Below are positions 7,453-17,128 of a stretch of DNA of 25,892 nucleotides, piece after piece (within the stretch, counting starts at the first letter, position 1; every line of letters starts with the position of its first letter). The DNA lies in NCBI GenBank assembly GCA_038231455.1, contig JBBRLI010000032.1, forward strand, positions 1 through 25,892. The letters are read 5' to 3'. The notes beneath the pieces were generated by a model, which saw only the letters and a list, made by a program, of their open reading frames with translations, made no database searches and had not been told where the DNA came from. Made by a program: the position numbers and the translations under genes. The stretch comes from Vulcanimicrobiales bacterium (GTDB lineage Bacteria; Vulcanimicrobiota; Vulcanimicrobiia; Vulcanimicrobiales; Vulcanimicrobiaceae).

Positions 7453-8648
7453 TATTTCACTCTGCTGATCGGGAACGTCGCCCAGATCATGCCTTTCCAG
7501 GTCGGGCCGCCGGATGCACCGGCGAGCGCCGAATTCCCGCCGAGATTCGCCTCGATGTAGCCGTGCAGATAGATGTTGTGCGGGATATTGAAGGCAAGGT
7601 TGATCGAATTGCCGTTCGTGACGGCCCCGCCTGCGCCGGCATCGTTGATATCGTGACGGAATCCGATGAGCGCGCCACCGCGGAAGATCGGTTCATACAC
7701 TTCGAAACTCGCGCCGTGACTCGTCGTTGGACCAAGCGGCGTGACGCCATCGGAACCGACGCCCGGATTGTTATCGAACTCCGATTGGTAGATTGCGAGC
7801 ACGCCCGGACGGCCGTGTTGACCGGGATCGACCTGCACGTATGCGGCTTGCGAATGGTAGCGATCGGTACCGGTACTCACCGGCAACGTGCCGACGCTTC
7901 CAAAAACGCCGAATTCGTAAGGTTTGGTCGGCAATGCGTACGAGGCTTTCCATTGGAAGGTCTTATCGCCCGGTCCAAAATCCGTTGCGCCGTTGAGATC
8001 TTCTCCGCTCAAATAATAGCCCGCTTCGAGGTCGACGGCTTTCTTGACGTATGCGAATCGCGCTCCCCAACGATTGCCATACGTAGAGCCCCAGGCGTGT
8101 TCGCCAACGGTTGTCGACGACGCCGATGGACCGTCGAGATCGGAATTTTGGCTGTACGGCGATGGCGCCGGGTTAAGGATTTTCCCAACAAAAAGATGCC
8201 CGTCGCGATGGAAGAGGTTGTTGTAGGTAAGCCAGAGTGTATCCACCCCGCCGGAGGCGTCACCCGAAACGATGAACTGCTGCGCGTGAATTGTGAGATC
8301 CGGCGCGACGTAGCCGACGAGGTGGAGCGCGAAATTACCAAATGAGTAGCGCGGCACGCCCGTCTCTTTGCCAGCCGTAGAATTGTAATTCATCGCCTCA
8401 CCAAACCACACAGGATTGGCTCGCGCGAGCACGGTCCGGTCGAGCGAGGCATACCCGGTGCGCTGAATGTAACGTCCATACGCATTGAGCGAGGGGACGA
8501 CCGAGTGGCAAGCGTTACAGCTCAGACCATAAGCCTGCGCGAACGGCGGCATTGCCTCGGTGGCCTTCGGTACCACGAGCAAACCGGAAAGAAGCACACC
8601 GAGGGTCGCAATGACGCCCAATGTCGGATAGAGCCGCACTTTCATCAA
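7452..8648 (-). CDS. Cyc2-like fused monoheme cytochrome c / beta-barrel outer-membrane protein
   Basis: Signal peptide ending TEA, then MPPFAQAYGLSCNACHSVVPSLNAYGRYIQRTGY (Cyc2-type P.FA..G..C..CH...P.L...GR....G). It is followed by about 330 aa of aromatic-rich amphipathic beta-strand-like sequence. Confidence 0.75.
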   Translation of the reverse strand: MMKVRLYPTLGVIATLGVLLSGLLVVPKATEAMPPFAQAYGLSCNACHSVVPSLNAYGRYIQRTGYASLDRTVLARANPVWFGEAMNYNSTAGKETGVPRYSFGNFALHLVGYVAPDLTIHAQQFIVSGDASGGVDTLWLTYNNLFHRDGHLFVGKILNPAPSPYSQNSDLDGPSASSTTVGEHAWGSTYGNRWGARFAYVKKAVDLEAGYYLSGEDLNGATDFGPGDKTFQWKASYALPTKPYEFGVFGSVGTLPVSTGTDRYHSQAAYVQVDPGQHGRPGVLAIYQSEFDNNPGVGSDGVTPLGPTTSHGASFEVYEPIFRGGALIGFRHDINDAGAGGAVTNGNSINLAFNIPHNIYLHGYIEANLGGNSALAGASGGPTWKGMIWATFPISRVK

Positions 8649-9001
8649 GGAAGCACGTTAATCGTAAGCGTCATCGTGTCATGACCGGCACCGCAAACGA
8701 TCGTGCAATGAAGCACGTACGTGCCCGCCTTCTTCGGCGTAAACTTCACCTCGGAGAGTTTATCGGGTACGATCATCGTCTTGGCGATTCCAAGTTCGGT
8801 CGACTCGATGCCGTGCACGCCTTCCGATGAGGTAAGCAGCAGCGTCATCGACGAGCCGACATGGGCTTCGACTTTTGCCGGGATGAATTTCCAGTTCGAA
8901 GCGACGATATCGGCCGTTGGGTGCGCCGATGTTGCGCCTGCAGTAAACATGATGAAGGCACCAAGCGCGGCACCGAGAGCGATTCGACGAGATACAAACA
9001 T
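8645..9001 (-). CDS. Exported stand-alone cupredoxin with CuA-type motif
   Basis: ATG 9001 with GAGGGAG RBS; signal peptide; GVHG...CTIVCGAGHDTM (H...CxxxCxxxHxxM). Confidence 0.88.
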   Translation of the reverse strand: MFVSRRIALGAALGAFIMFTAGATSAHPTADIVASNWKFIPAKVEAHVGSSMTLLLTSSEGVHGIESTELGIAKTMIVPDKLSEVKFTPKKAGTYVLHCTIVCGAGHDTMTLTINVLP

Positions 9002-9042
9002 GATAAGAGCGCTCCCTCGAGCAGAGTCGTAGCGTTTTGCCA

Positions 9043-9135
9043 ATCATAGGTGCGGCCTACGAAGGCGATGCGAAGACGACACGCTCGGTACGGAAGCGCA
9101 CCTTCTTACGTTCTTCTTACGGCGACGGCTATGAT
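9043..9135. promoter_or_regulatory. Back-to-back promoters, each with a tandem TTCnnA repeat
   Basis: Minus: TTCGCA-N5-TTCGTA-N9-TATGAT (9074-9043). Plus: TTCTTA-N5-TTCTTA-N10-TATGAT (9103-9135). Confidence 0.72.
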
Positions 9136-9159
9136 GAGCGCGCTAAGAAAAGGAACTTC

Positions 9160-9555
9160 ATGTCATTCATTCCATTTGCACTCATGCTCGCAATCGCCGT
9201 GCCGATCGCATCATCCGCTCCCGCGGCCATGCCCGCGCAGCAAGCGAGCACTGCCGCTACGGCCAGCACCCAAGCCACTGGACCGATCACGATTACCGCA
9301 TCGAATTGGGCCTTCGATCCCGCCAAAGTGATCGTCCACGCCGGACAACTTACAACATTCCGCGTCACGAGCAAAGAGGGCGTGCATGGCTTGGGGAGCG
9401 ACGCGCTCGGTCTACCTGCGACGACGATCATGCCGGGCAAGATGACCGCTCTTACCTTTACACCAAAAAAAGCCGGCACGTATAAACTGTCGTGCACGAT
9501 CGTCTGCGGTGCGGGTCACGCCGAGATGGCGATGACGGTGATCGTTCTCCCGTAG
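9160..9555 (+). CDS. Exported stand-alone cupredoxin with CuA-type motif (paralogue of 8645-9001)
   Basis: ATG 9160 with AAGGA RBS; signal peptide; ASNW.F.PAKV..H.G, EGVHG, FTPKKAGTY.L.CTIVCGAGH..M. Confidence 0.9.
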   Translation: MSFIPFALMLAIAVPIASSAPAAMPAQQASTAATASTQATGPITITASNWAFDPAKVIVHAGQLTTFRVTSKEGVHGLGSDALGLPATTIMPGKMTALTFTPKKAGTYKLSCTIVCGAGHAEMAMTVIVLP

Positions 9556-9559
9556 GGCT

Positions 9560-9973
9560 CTACGCGACCTCGCTAAGCAGCGCATTCGAGAACGTTTCGA
9601 GTGCGTTGCGAGCGATGGCGTTCATAAACCGCGCCACCAGCGGGTGCGGGGCACCGCCGGCCACCGATGCATAGCTGCCTTCTAAGCGCAAGCGCGATGC
9701 GTTCGGCGGAGCTTCACAAACCCGAAGGCGACCGCAGAATTCGGGAAACGCATTGCCGGCGCAGACGCTCCAGGACACGGCGATACCGCCGTCATCGTGC
9801 CGCCGACAATCCACGACTACGTCGCGCACCATTCGCAGTTCCGGTAAGGCGGGCAACCGCGCAATCGGACGGACGGCAACGCGCGGCCGACCTTCTGCAT
9901 AAGCATCGAGGGCGGCCTCTGTCGTCGACTGCGGTTGTGCGAGGACGATTTCCCGCACGAGGCGCCGGTTCAC
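9560..9973 (-). CDS. Uncharacterised protein, divergent member of W..G.FP.F.G.L family
   Basis: VSWSVCAGNAFPEFCGRL...LRLEGSY...AIARNALE. Overlaps the upstream gene stop (GTGA). Confidence 0.7.
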   Translation of the reverse strand: MNRRLVREIVLAQPQSTTEAALDAYAEGRPRVAVRPIARLPALPELRMVRDVVVDCRRHDDGGIAVSWSVCAGNAFPEFCGRLRVCEAPPNASRLRLEGSYASVAGGAPHPLVARFMNAIARNALETFSNALLSEVA

Positions 9974-10473
9974 GTCGTTTGGGTTTCGCGCCGATTCCGT
10001 TTTGCCGTCTCGACGCTACGCGAGCTTTGTTCGACGTACGAACCGACGCGCTCCAGCAGTTCTTTGCCCGTGCTCTCGGCGATTGCGTGACCGACCGTGT
10101 GATCGAATGCTGCGCCGACGGGACCCAGCGGCGGTTCGTAGGTGCCGCTCAAGTCGAGCACACACGTCGTGTAATCCTCGGCGTTAGCGATCTCAAGAAT
10201 GCCGGCAAATTTGGGAAATGGGCCGCCGCCGGTACTGTGCCACGCGACGCGATACCGTTTGGTCATATCGCCCGCCTCGTGAAAGGGATGGACTTGAACG
10301 ACGCAATCACGCGCGAGTTCGATCTCCGGCAGTCCGGGAATTTGGATCGGGGCGCGGAGCGCCATCGTCGGCGTGCCATCGGCATCGCGGCGTTGATCGA
10401 AGAATTCCATCACGAAACCCGGTGCCTGACCGACCGGGCAAGCGAGTTGTCGAGAGACGTGCAGCTTGCTCAT
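9970..10473 (-). CDS. Uncharacterised protein, W..G.FP.F.G.L / G.Y.PP.G..G..FD family (possible START/SRPBCC-like fold)
   Basis: VAWHSTGGGPFPKFAGIL...LDLSGTYEPPLGPVGAAFDHTVGHAIA. Confidence 0.8.
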   Translation of the reverse strand: MSKLHVSRQLACPVGQAPGFVMEFFDQRRDADGTPTMALRAPIQIPGLPEIELARDCVVQVHPFHEAGDMTKRYRVAWHSTGGGPFPKFAGILEIANAEDYTTCVLDLSGTYEPPLGPVGAAFDHTVGHAIAESTGKELLERVGSYVEQSSRSVETAKRNRRETQTT

Positions 10474-10479
10474 GACGCA

Positions 10480-10522
10480 ACGCTACGCTACGCGCGTGCG
10501 GAAGTCTTGAACGAGTTGCGAA
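10480..10522 (-). promoter_or_regulatory. Promoter with tandem TTCnnn repeat one helical turn further upstream; leaderless
   Basis: Minus strand TTCGCA-N5-TTCAAG-N20-TAGCGT-N6-ATG. Confidence 0.55.
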
Positions 10523-10562
10523 GCTCGAATTCTTCTTTTCGGAACGCCTTACCGGAGCGAGA

Positions 10563-11234
10563 TCACGCCGTCCGCGGAAGCGTTTTGATGCTCGGGATGT
10601 TCACCGTGAAGCGGGCTCCGCTGCCGGGAACGTTCTCCACGGCGACGCTTCCGCCGAGTTCGTCGACGAAGCGCTGGACGACCGAGAGACCCAGACCGCT
10701 GCCTTTCGTCGCCTCGCTTGCCGAGCCACGGAAGCCGGATTCGAAAATCTGCGCCCGCTCGTGGTCGCGTACGCCCGGACCGGAATCCGTGACCATGAGT
10801 GTGAGCCCATCGGCGCGCCGACAATCGATGTCGACACGTCCACCATTTGGCGTATAGCGGATGGCATTCGAGACGACATTGTTGACGATCTCAGCTACAT
10901 GAATCGGATCGCAGGTAAAGGCACTGCACTCGGCATGATCCGCGCGACAGCGCTGGACGTTGAACGCGATGCCCTTTTCTTTCGCGGCCGCTTCGAACGC
11001 GATGACTTCGTTTGCAATAAGTTGGCAGACGTCGGTCATCCGCATCGTCGAGGCGCCGCTGGGCGCCGTCTGTCCGAGCGGCACGGCATCGAGCAACACG
11101 TCGACCTCGCCGAGCGCTTGCAGGACGGCGCCGAGGCGCGCGGGCGATGCCTCAAGCACGCCGTCGCGAAAGGCTTCGACGTTAGCGATTGCGATTGCGA
11201 GGTGATTGCGGATTTCGTGAATGACACTTTTCAT
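10563..11234 (-). CDS. Histidine kinase lacking sensor/TM domains (HisKA + HATPase only)
   Basis: H-box IHEIRN at residue 6, N-box NVVSNAIRYT, G1 DSGPG, F-box IFESGFRG, G2 GSGLGL. Confidence 0.9.
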   Translation of the reverse strand: MKSVIHEIRNHLAIAIANVEAFRDGVLEASPARLGAVLQALGEVDVLLDAVPLGQTAPSGASTMRMTDVCQLIANEVIAFEAAAKEKGIAFNVQRCRADHAECSAFTCDPIHVAEIVNNVVSNAIRYTPNGGRVDIDCRRADGLTLMVTDSGPGVRDHERAQIFESGFRGSASEATKGSGLGLSVVQRFVDELGGSVAVENVPGSGARFTVNIPSIKTLPRTA

Positions 11235-11926
11235 CGCGGTTCCACCATCTTGTAGCCGACCCCAAAGACCGTAAGAATGTAACGCGGATTTGCGGCGTCA
11301 CGTTCGATTCGGGCGCGGAGGTTGGCGATATGCCGATCGAGCGTCCGGTCGAAAACATCGCCGTCGGTCGTGAGCCGTTCGAGCAGTTGATCGCGCGTGA
11401 GCGTTTGGCCCAGATGTTGCACGAGCACGTCCAGTAGCCGGTATTGCGTGGGTGTGAGCGCAACAGAGACGCCCCCCACCTTTACCTCATGCCCAGCAGA
11501 ATCGATTGCAATCTCGCCAATGCGGCGAACCCGCGCTTCTTCGGCTTTCGGGCGCTCGCTTCGGCGCAGGATCGTCTTGACGCGCGCGACGACCTCGCGC
11601 GGACTATACGGCTTGCCCACGTAGTCGTCGGCTCCAAGTTCGAGGCCGACGACGCGGTCGATTTCATCCGTGCGCGCCGAGAGAATGACGACCGGAACGT
11701 CGCGCTGCGTGCGAATGCGGCGCAACACCTCAAGACCCGAAAAACCGGGCAACGTCAGGTCGAGCACCACGATATCCGGATGTTTTTGCTCGAACGCGGA
11801 GACGGCGCTTGGCCCATCGATCGCGCTCACCACCGTAAATCCCTCATCACGCAAATAGTGTGAAAGGACCTCGACGAGTGCCGGCTCATCATCCACGACC
11901 AGTACGGTGCGCTCGGAATGCTCCAC
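11231..11926 (-). CDS. OmpR/PhoB-family response regulator
   Basis: VVDDEP, VLDLTLPG, GADDYVGKPY, wHTH LTPTQYRLL...DRTLDRHIANLR...TVFGVGY. Confidence 0.96.
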   Translation of the reverse strand: MEHSERTVLVVDDEPALVEVLSHYLRDEGFTVVSAIDGPSAVSAFEQKHPDIVVLDLTLPGFSGLEVLRRIRTQRDVPVVILSARTDEIDRVVGLELGADDYVGKPYSPREVVARVKTILRRSERPKAEEARVRRIGEIAIDSAGHEVKVGGVSVALTPTQYRLLDVLVQHLGQTLTRDQLLERLTTDGDVFDRTLDRHIANLRARIERDAANPRYILTVFGVGYKMVEPR

Positions 11927-11979
11927 GGCAAAGACGTCTTCGGCGGTATCGGAGGCGCACCCCCGAAACGAGCCCTGCG

Positions 11980-13053
11980 ATGGAAATTCTCACCGTGAAC
12001 GCCGGCTCGACCTCGCTCAAATTGGAATGGTACCGACTCGGTGACGTGCTACCGGCAATCGACAATCCACCGGCACCGACGCGGGCACAGACCGTAGCGC
12101 GAGCCGAAGCTGCGGCGACGCTGGCGGCCCTTGAACCGCACGTTGATGCGATCGCGCACCGGTTCGTCCGCGTCCCCGACGATGCGCCCGGCGTCTTTTC
12201 GCTCGACAATGCGGCGCTCGCGCGGCTTACGGCACTCGAAGCGGAAGCGCCGCTTCACAACAGCGCAGCGTTGGAAGCGGTGCAGGCGCTCGCCCGCTGC
12301 GGTGCTCCGCAGTTTGCGGTGAGCGATAGCGCGTTCCACCGCACGCTCTCCGATGCGGCCGCGACGTACGCACTTCCCAAAACCATTACCGCACAAGGCC
12401 TACGTCGACGCGGCTATCACGGGCTCAGCCATGAATATGCGGCGCATCGCGCTGCGCGATTGTGCGGTCGCGGCGTGCGGCATGCACGCATCGTGACATT
12501 GCATTTGGGGGGCGGCTCATCGCTCTGCGCGATCGCGAACGGTTCCAGTATCGATACGACGATGGGATATACGCCGCTCGAAGGCGTCCCGATGGCGACG
12601 CGCAGCGGGAGCGTCGATCCGGGAATTCTCATCCACCTCTTGCGCGGCGGAATGACGCTGGCCGGACTCGAGCGGATGCTCGAAACCGAATCGGGGCTGC
12701 TTGGAATCTCCGGCACGAGTGGCGATGTGCGCGCGCTTTCGGCTGCGAGCGGCGATCCCGATGCACGACGCGCGCTCGACGTGTTCGTGTGGCGCGTCCG
12801 CGCAGCGCTCGGTGCGCTCATTGCAACGCTCGGCGGAGTCGAGATCATCGCGTTTACCGGCGGGATCGGCGAACATGCCGCCGACCTGCGGGCAGCCATT
12901 TTTCGCGGAGCGGTTCCCTGGGGTGCGACGCTCGATGCGGCAGCAAACGCGAACGCAAGCGGCGACACCGTCATCTCGCAAGCCGGCGCCGACGTCGGTG
13001 CGGCCGTGATCGAAGCGCGCGAAGGCTGGCAACTGGCGCGCGCGGTGCGCTAG
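11980..13053 (+). CDS. ackA: Acetate/propionate kinase
   Basis: Start [58 protein letters not shown]. Confidence 0.92.
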   Translation: MEILTVNAGSTSLKLEWYRLGDVLPAIDNPPAPTRAQTVARAEAAATLAALEPHVDAIAHRFVRVPDDAPGVFSLDNAALARLTALEAEAPLHNSAALEAVQALARCGAPQFAVSDSAFHRTLSDAAATYALPKTITAQGLRRRGYHGLSHEYAAHRAARLCGRGVRHARIVTLHLGGGSSLCAIANGSSIDTTMGYTPLEGVPMATRSGSVDPGILIHLLRGGMTLAGLERMLETESGLLGISGTSGDVRALSAASGDPDARRALDVFVWRVRAALGALIATLGGVEIIAFTGGIGEHAADLRAAIFRGAVPWGATLDAAANANASGDTVISQAGADVGAAVIEAREGWQLARAVR

Positions 13054-15425
13054 CGCTTCGCGCGCCAGCGCCAGTCGCGAATCGCGGGCATATCGTCGCC
13101 GATTTCTTCGATGTAGCGGCGATGATCCACGAGCGTATCGCGAATGAGTTGCTTGAGGTGCGCGCCGGTGTCGGATAACCCCGGTACGCGGTCGACCACG
13201 TCGCCCGCAAGATGAAAGCGATCGATGCGATTGCGAACGGCCATGTCGAACGGCGTCGTCGTCGTACCCTCTTCGATGTATCCGCGTACGTGCATATTGT
13301 CGTGCCCGTGGCGCCGATAGGTGAGACGGTGGATTAACCACGGATAGCCGTGATAGGCAAAGATCACCGGGCGATCGGGCGTGAAGAGCGCATCGAATTC
13401 GGCATCCCTCAGACCGTGCGGATGCTCGTCGTGCGATTGTAGCGTCATCAGATCGACGACGTTGATGACGCGGATACGCAGTGCGGGCAGATGCGTACGT
13501 AACAAATCGACCGCCGCGAGGGTTTCGAGCGTCGGCACATCGCCGGCGCACGCGAGCACCACATCGGGGACCACGCCGTCGTCGTTTGAGGCCCATTCCC
13601 AAATGCCGATTCCGGCCGTGCAATGGCGCACGGCCGCGTCCATGTCGAGCCACTGTGGTGATGGCTGTTTTCCCGCAACGATCACGTTGATAAAGTTTTG
13701 ACTCCGCAAACAGTGGTCGGCAACCGAGAGCAGCGTGTTGCCGTCGGGCGGTAAGTAGACGCGGACCGTATCCGCTTTTTTGTTGACGACGTGATCGATG
13801 AACCCGGGATCCTGGTGGCTAAAGCCGTTGTGGTCTTGGCGCCAGACGTGCGAGCTGAGCAGGATGTTGAGCGAGGCGATCGGTCTACGCCACGGCACCT
13901 CGCGCGAGATCTTGATCCACTTTGCATGCTGATTGACCATCGAGTCGACGATGTGGATGAACGCTTCGTAGCACGAGAAAAGTCCGTGCCGGCCGGTGAG
14001 CAGATACCCTTCGAGCCATCCCTCGCACTGATGCTCGCTCAAAACTTCCATCACGCGCCCGGTCGGACTGAGATGATCGTCCGTTGCAATCGTCGGGTCC
14101 AGCCACATGCGCCCGGTGATATCGAAGAGGTCATCGAGCCGGTTCGATGCCGTCTCGTCGGGCCCGAACACGCGAAAGCGTTCTTTATTGTGCGACATAA
14201 CATCGCGCAACCAGTGACCGAGCACGCGCGTCGACTCCGCATCCGTCGCACCGGGTGCATCGACTGCGACGGCATAGCTGCGAAAATCCGGCAATTCAAG
14301 CGCAGCGATCTGCCCGCCGTTCGCACGCACGCTCGCGCTCATGCGTTTATTGCCCGCAGGGGAGCCTGCCGTGACATCGTCGCGCACGCGCCCGTGGCGG
14401 TCGAAAAGCTCCTCGGGCCGGTAGCTTTGCAGCCACGTTTCTAACGCGCGAAGATGCGCGGGATTTTTCAGATTTGCCAGAGGCACTTGATGCGCGCGGG
14501 CGGTGCCTTCGATGGCGTGACCGTCGACGAACTGCGGCCCCGTCCACCCTTTTGGCGAGGCCAGCACGATCATCGGCCAACGCGGCCGCGTCGGCACGGC
14601 CCCGGGCGCGCGTGCCTGCCGTTGGATCGCACGGATGCGGCGATAACACGCATCCAGATGCATCGCCATCGCGCGGTGCATGGCACCCGGTTCGTGGCCT
14701 TCGACATAGTGCGGTTCGTAGCCGTAGCCGCGCAGCAGCAAATCCAATTCCGCGCGCGGCATGCGTGCGAGTACCGTGGGGCTCGCAATTTTATAACCGT
14801 TGAGGTGGAGGATGGGGAGCACCGCTCCGTCGCGCGCGGGATTGATAAACTTATTGCCATGCCAACCCGTTGCAAGCGGCCCGGTCTCCGCTTCGCCATC
14901 GCCCACAACGCACGCTACGATGAGCTCCGGATCGTCGAAGACGGCGCCGAATGCGTGTGAGAGCGAATAGCCCAGTTCTCCGCCTTCATGAATCGAACCG
15001 GGTGTCTCGGGCGTGGCGTGACTGCCGATTCCACCGGGAAAGGAAAACTGTTTCATCAGTCGTTGCAGACCCGCTTCATCGCGGGTGATGTGCGGGAAGA
15101 GTTCGGTGTACGTTCCCTCGAGATAGGCGTTTGCGACCAGCGCCGGGCCACCATGTCCCGGGCCGGCGATGAAGAGCACGTCGGCGTCGGAAGAGCCGAT
15201 CAGCCGATTCAGATGCGCGATGATGAAATTGAGCCCCGGCGTCGTCCCCCAGTGGCCGACGAGACGGGGTTTCACGTGTTCGAGCTTGAGCGGCTCGCGC
15301 AATAGCGGGTTTGCGAGCAAATAGATTTGGCCGGCGGAAAGATAGTTCGCCGCGCGCCAATAGCGATCGATGAGCGCGTACTCATCTTCCCGCAGCAGGT
15401 CGCCTTGCATCGTCAAGCTCGTCAT
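13050..15425 (-). CDS. xfp: Phosphoketolase (XFP/XPK family)
   Basis: [24 protein letters not shown] motif [31 protein letters not shown]. Confidence 0.97.
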   Translation of the reverse strand: MTSLTMQGDLLREDEYALIDRYWRAANYLSAGQIYLLANPLLREPLKLEHVKPRLVGHWGTTPGLNFIIAHLNRLIGSSDADVLFIAGPGHGGPALVANAYLEGTYTELFPHITRDEAGLQRLMKQFSFPGGIGSHATPETPGSIHEGGELGYSLSHAFGAVFDDPELIVACVVGDGEAETGPLATGWHGNKFINPARDGAVLPILHLNGYKIASPTVLARMPRAELDLLLRGYGYEPHYVEGHEPGAMHRAMAMHLDACYRRIRAIQRQARAPGAVPTRPRWPMIVLASPKGWTGPQFVDGHAIEGTARAHQVPLANLKNPAHLRALETWLQSYRPEELFDRHGRVRDDVTAGSPAGNKRMSASVRANGGQIAALELPDFRSYAVAVDAPGATDAESTRVLGHWLRDVMSHNKERFRVFGPDETASNRLDDLFDITGRMWLDPTIATDDHLSPTGRVMEVLSEHQCEGWLEGYLLTGRHGLFSCYEAFIHIVDSMVNQHAKWIKISREVPWRRPIASLNILLSSHVWRQDHNGFSHQDPGFIDHVVNKKADTVRVYLPPDGNTLLSVADHCLRSQNFINVIVAGKQPSPQWLDMDAAVRHCTAGIGIWEWASNDDGVVPDVVLACAGDVPTLETLAAVDLLRTHLPALRIRVINVVDLMTLQSHDEHPHGLRDAEFDALFTPDRPVIFAYHGYPWLIHRLTYRRHGHDNMHVRGYIEEGTTTTPFDMAVRNRIDRFHLAGDVVDRVPGLSDTGAHLKQLIRDTLVDHRRYIEEIGDDMPAIRDWRWRAKR

Positions 15426-15432
15426 AATCGTA

Positions 15433-15513
15433 AGTCTAACGAACCGGTTCGCCCGACTCGTGAACGGATCACCGGGTACCGTTCACGACGCCTTCCAATC
15501 TGCGCTCGATGAT
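15433..15513. promoter_or_regulatory. Divergent leaderless promoters sharing an inverted repeat built from TTCACG sites
   Basis: TCGTGAACGG (15458-67)/CCGTTCACGA (15479-88). Plus: TTCACG-N5-TTCCAA-N9-GATGAT-N6-ATG. Minus: TTCACG-N20-TAGACT-N7-ATG. Confidence 0.65.
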
Positions 15514-15519
15514 TGCAAC

Positions 15520-15963
15520 ATGTCCACGATCGCCCTCTCGGTCCCCGTCCACGCGCCGGCGAACTTCACCCTCTCGTACTTGCATTCGTACCTGCGCGAG
15601 GGAGCGGCCGCAGGGCCACGCTTGCATTTGCACGTCCCGCTGCGTCCCTTCGGTAATGACTTCTCGCTCGAAAAAGACGTGTCCGTGCGTGTCGCGTATG
15701 CCCACCACGAACTCACGGTGCGCTGGACCCCCGAAGGCGACGGAGCGTTTCCGAATTTCGAGGGCACGCTCACGGCGATCGAAAACGGCAGCGAACACTG
15801 CATCCTCACGCTTGCGGGGGCGTATCGTCCGCCGGGCGGATGGCCCGGGAAGATTTTCGATACGCTAGCGGGCGGTAGCATCGCGCGCTCCACGATCGAG
15901 ACGTTGTTGAACGAACTCGGCGCGGCAACCGAGGCGGACTTTCACATCCGATCTTCGGACTGA
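15520..15963 (+). CDS. Uncharacterised protein, third paralogue of W..G.FP.F.G.L family
   Basis: VRWTPEGDGAFPNFEGTL...LTLAGAYRPPGGWPGKIFDTLAGGSIA. Start ATG 15520. Confidence 0.8.
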   Translation: MSTIALSVPVHAPANFTLSYLHSYLREGAAAGPRLHLHVPLRPFGNDFSLEKDVSVRVAYAHHELTVRWTPEGDGAFPNFEGTLTAIENGSEHCILTLAGAYRPPGGWPGKIFDTLAGGSIARSTIETLLNELGAATEADFHIRSSD

Positions 15964-17054
15964 AGCGCGGAGAGTTCGCTTGCGGCCTTCCGCTCGTCGC
16001 GCTTGGGACGGCAACGCTCAGCGCCTGTACGTCGCGTGCGCTAACGTATGCGGATGACGTACGTTCGACCTGGCTCGAGCTCGATCGTTCGCTAGCATCG
16101 CAGCCGGCGGGGATGCGCGAACTCGTTCGGTACGCGACGCTTGCTCCTTCGAGTCACAACACGCAGTGCTGGCGGTTTACGATCGATCCGCACCGCGTTA
16201 CGATTCGGCCCGATTTCGCGCGGCGCTGCCCGAGCGTCGATCCCGACGATCACCACCTCTTCGTGAGCCTCGGCTGCGCAGCGGAGAACCTCGTTCAAGC
16301 AGCAGCTGCCGTGGGATTGCAGGCCGATGTCGCCGTCGATTCGGCCAGCGGCATCGTCTCCGTGTCGCTCGCTCCCGCGCGGACGATCTCCGCATCGCCA
16401 CTCTTCGCCGCGATCACGCACCGCCAGTGTACGCGGTCCGTCTACGATGGGCGCCGCGTTTCAACCGCGGACCTTGCGTTACTCGCAAGCGCGGCGCAAG
16501 GAAGCGGTCACTCCGTTCACTTTCAGACGACGCCCGCACAAGTCGAACGCGTACTCGAATTCGTCGTCGCCGGGAACACCGCACAGATGAACGATGCGGG
16601 ATTCATGGATGAGTTACGCCACTGGATCCGCTTTAACGATGCTGACGCCGCGCGCACGGGCGACGGACTTTTTTCGCGCGCATCGGGCAACCCCGCAATT
16701 CCCGGCTGGCTCGGCCCGACGATGATGCGCCTCGTGTTTACCGCGAAAGGCGAAAACGACAAGTACGCGCGCGAACTGCGGAGTTCCGCGGGACTTGCAA
16801 TTTTCGTTTCCGAGTCGAGCGACCGGGAACACTGGGTCGACGCCGGTCGGGCATATCAGCGCTTCGCGCTTCAGGCGAGGGTCCTCGGCATCAAGACGGC
16901 GATGGTGAATCAAGCGGTCGAGGTTCGCGCGGTGCGCGGAGCATTCACACAAGCGATGGGGCTGGGCGGACGTCCGGATCTCGTCGTCCGCTTTGGATAC
17001 GCTAGCGACATGCCGCGTTCGCTTCGGCGTCCAGTCGCCGCGGTGATCGATTGA
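15960..17054 (+). CDS. Acg-family nitroreductase-like FMN-binding protein, probable exported/lipoprotein N-terminus (first ATG is 16113; frame extends to CTG 15960)
   Basis: ATLAPSSHNTQCWRF, VDPDDHHLFVSLGCAAENL, RQCTRS.YDG, GRAYQRFALQA, RFGY...S.RRPV. Confidence 0.85.
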   Translation: MKRGEFACGLPLVALGTATLSACTSRALTYADDVRSTWLELDRSLASQPAGMRELVRYATLAPSSHNTQCWRFTIDPHRVTIRPDFARRCPSVDPDDHHLFVSLGCAAENLVQAAAAVGLQADVAVDSASGIVSVSLAPARTISASPLFAAITHRQCTRSVYDGRRVSTADLALLASAAQGSGHSVHFQTTPAQVERVLEFVVAGNTAQMNDAGFMDELRHWIRFNDADAARTGDGLFSRASGNPAIPGWLGPTMMRLVFTAKGENDKYARELRSSAGLAIFVSESSDREHWVDAGRAYQRFALQARVLGIKTAMVNQAVEVRAVRGAFTQAMGLGGRPDLVVRFGYASDMPRSLRRPVAAVID

Positions 17055-17062
17055 AGCAAGCA

Positions 17063-17094
17063 TTCACAAGCGATTCACATCGCCCGGGTACGGT
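17063..17094 (+). promoter_or_regulatory. Promoter with perfect tandem TTCACA repeat
   Basis: TTCACA-N5-TTCACA-N9-TACGGT upstream of the second USP gene. Confidence 0.7.
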
Positions 17095-17128
17095 GAAGGT
17101 CTCTCGCTCTTCGGAAGGATGCGCTTCG

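Noticed and set aside
8645-9555. Calling the cupredoxins rusticyanin
   Set aside because: The ligand motif has two Cys (CxxxCxxxHxxM, CuA type), not the single-Cys type-1 site.
11927-11979. TTC tandem box autoregulating the response regulator or ackA
   Set aside because: I found no 11-bp-period pair or phased -10 in this gap.
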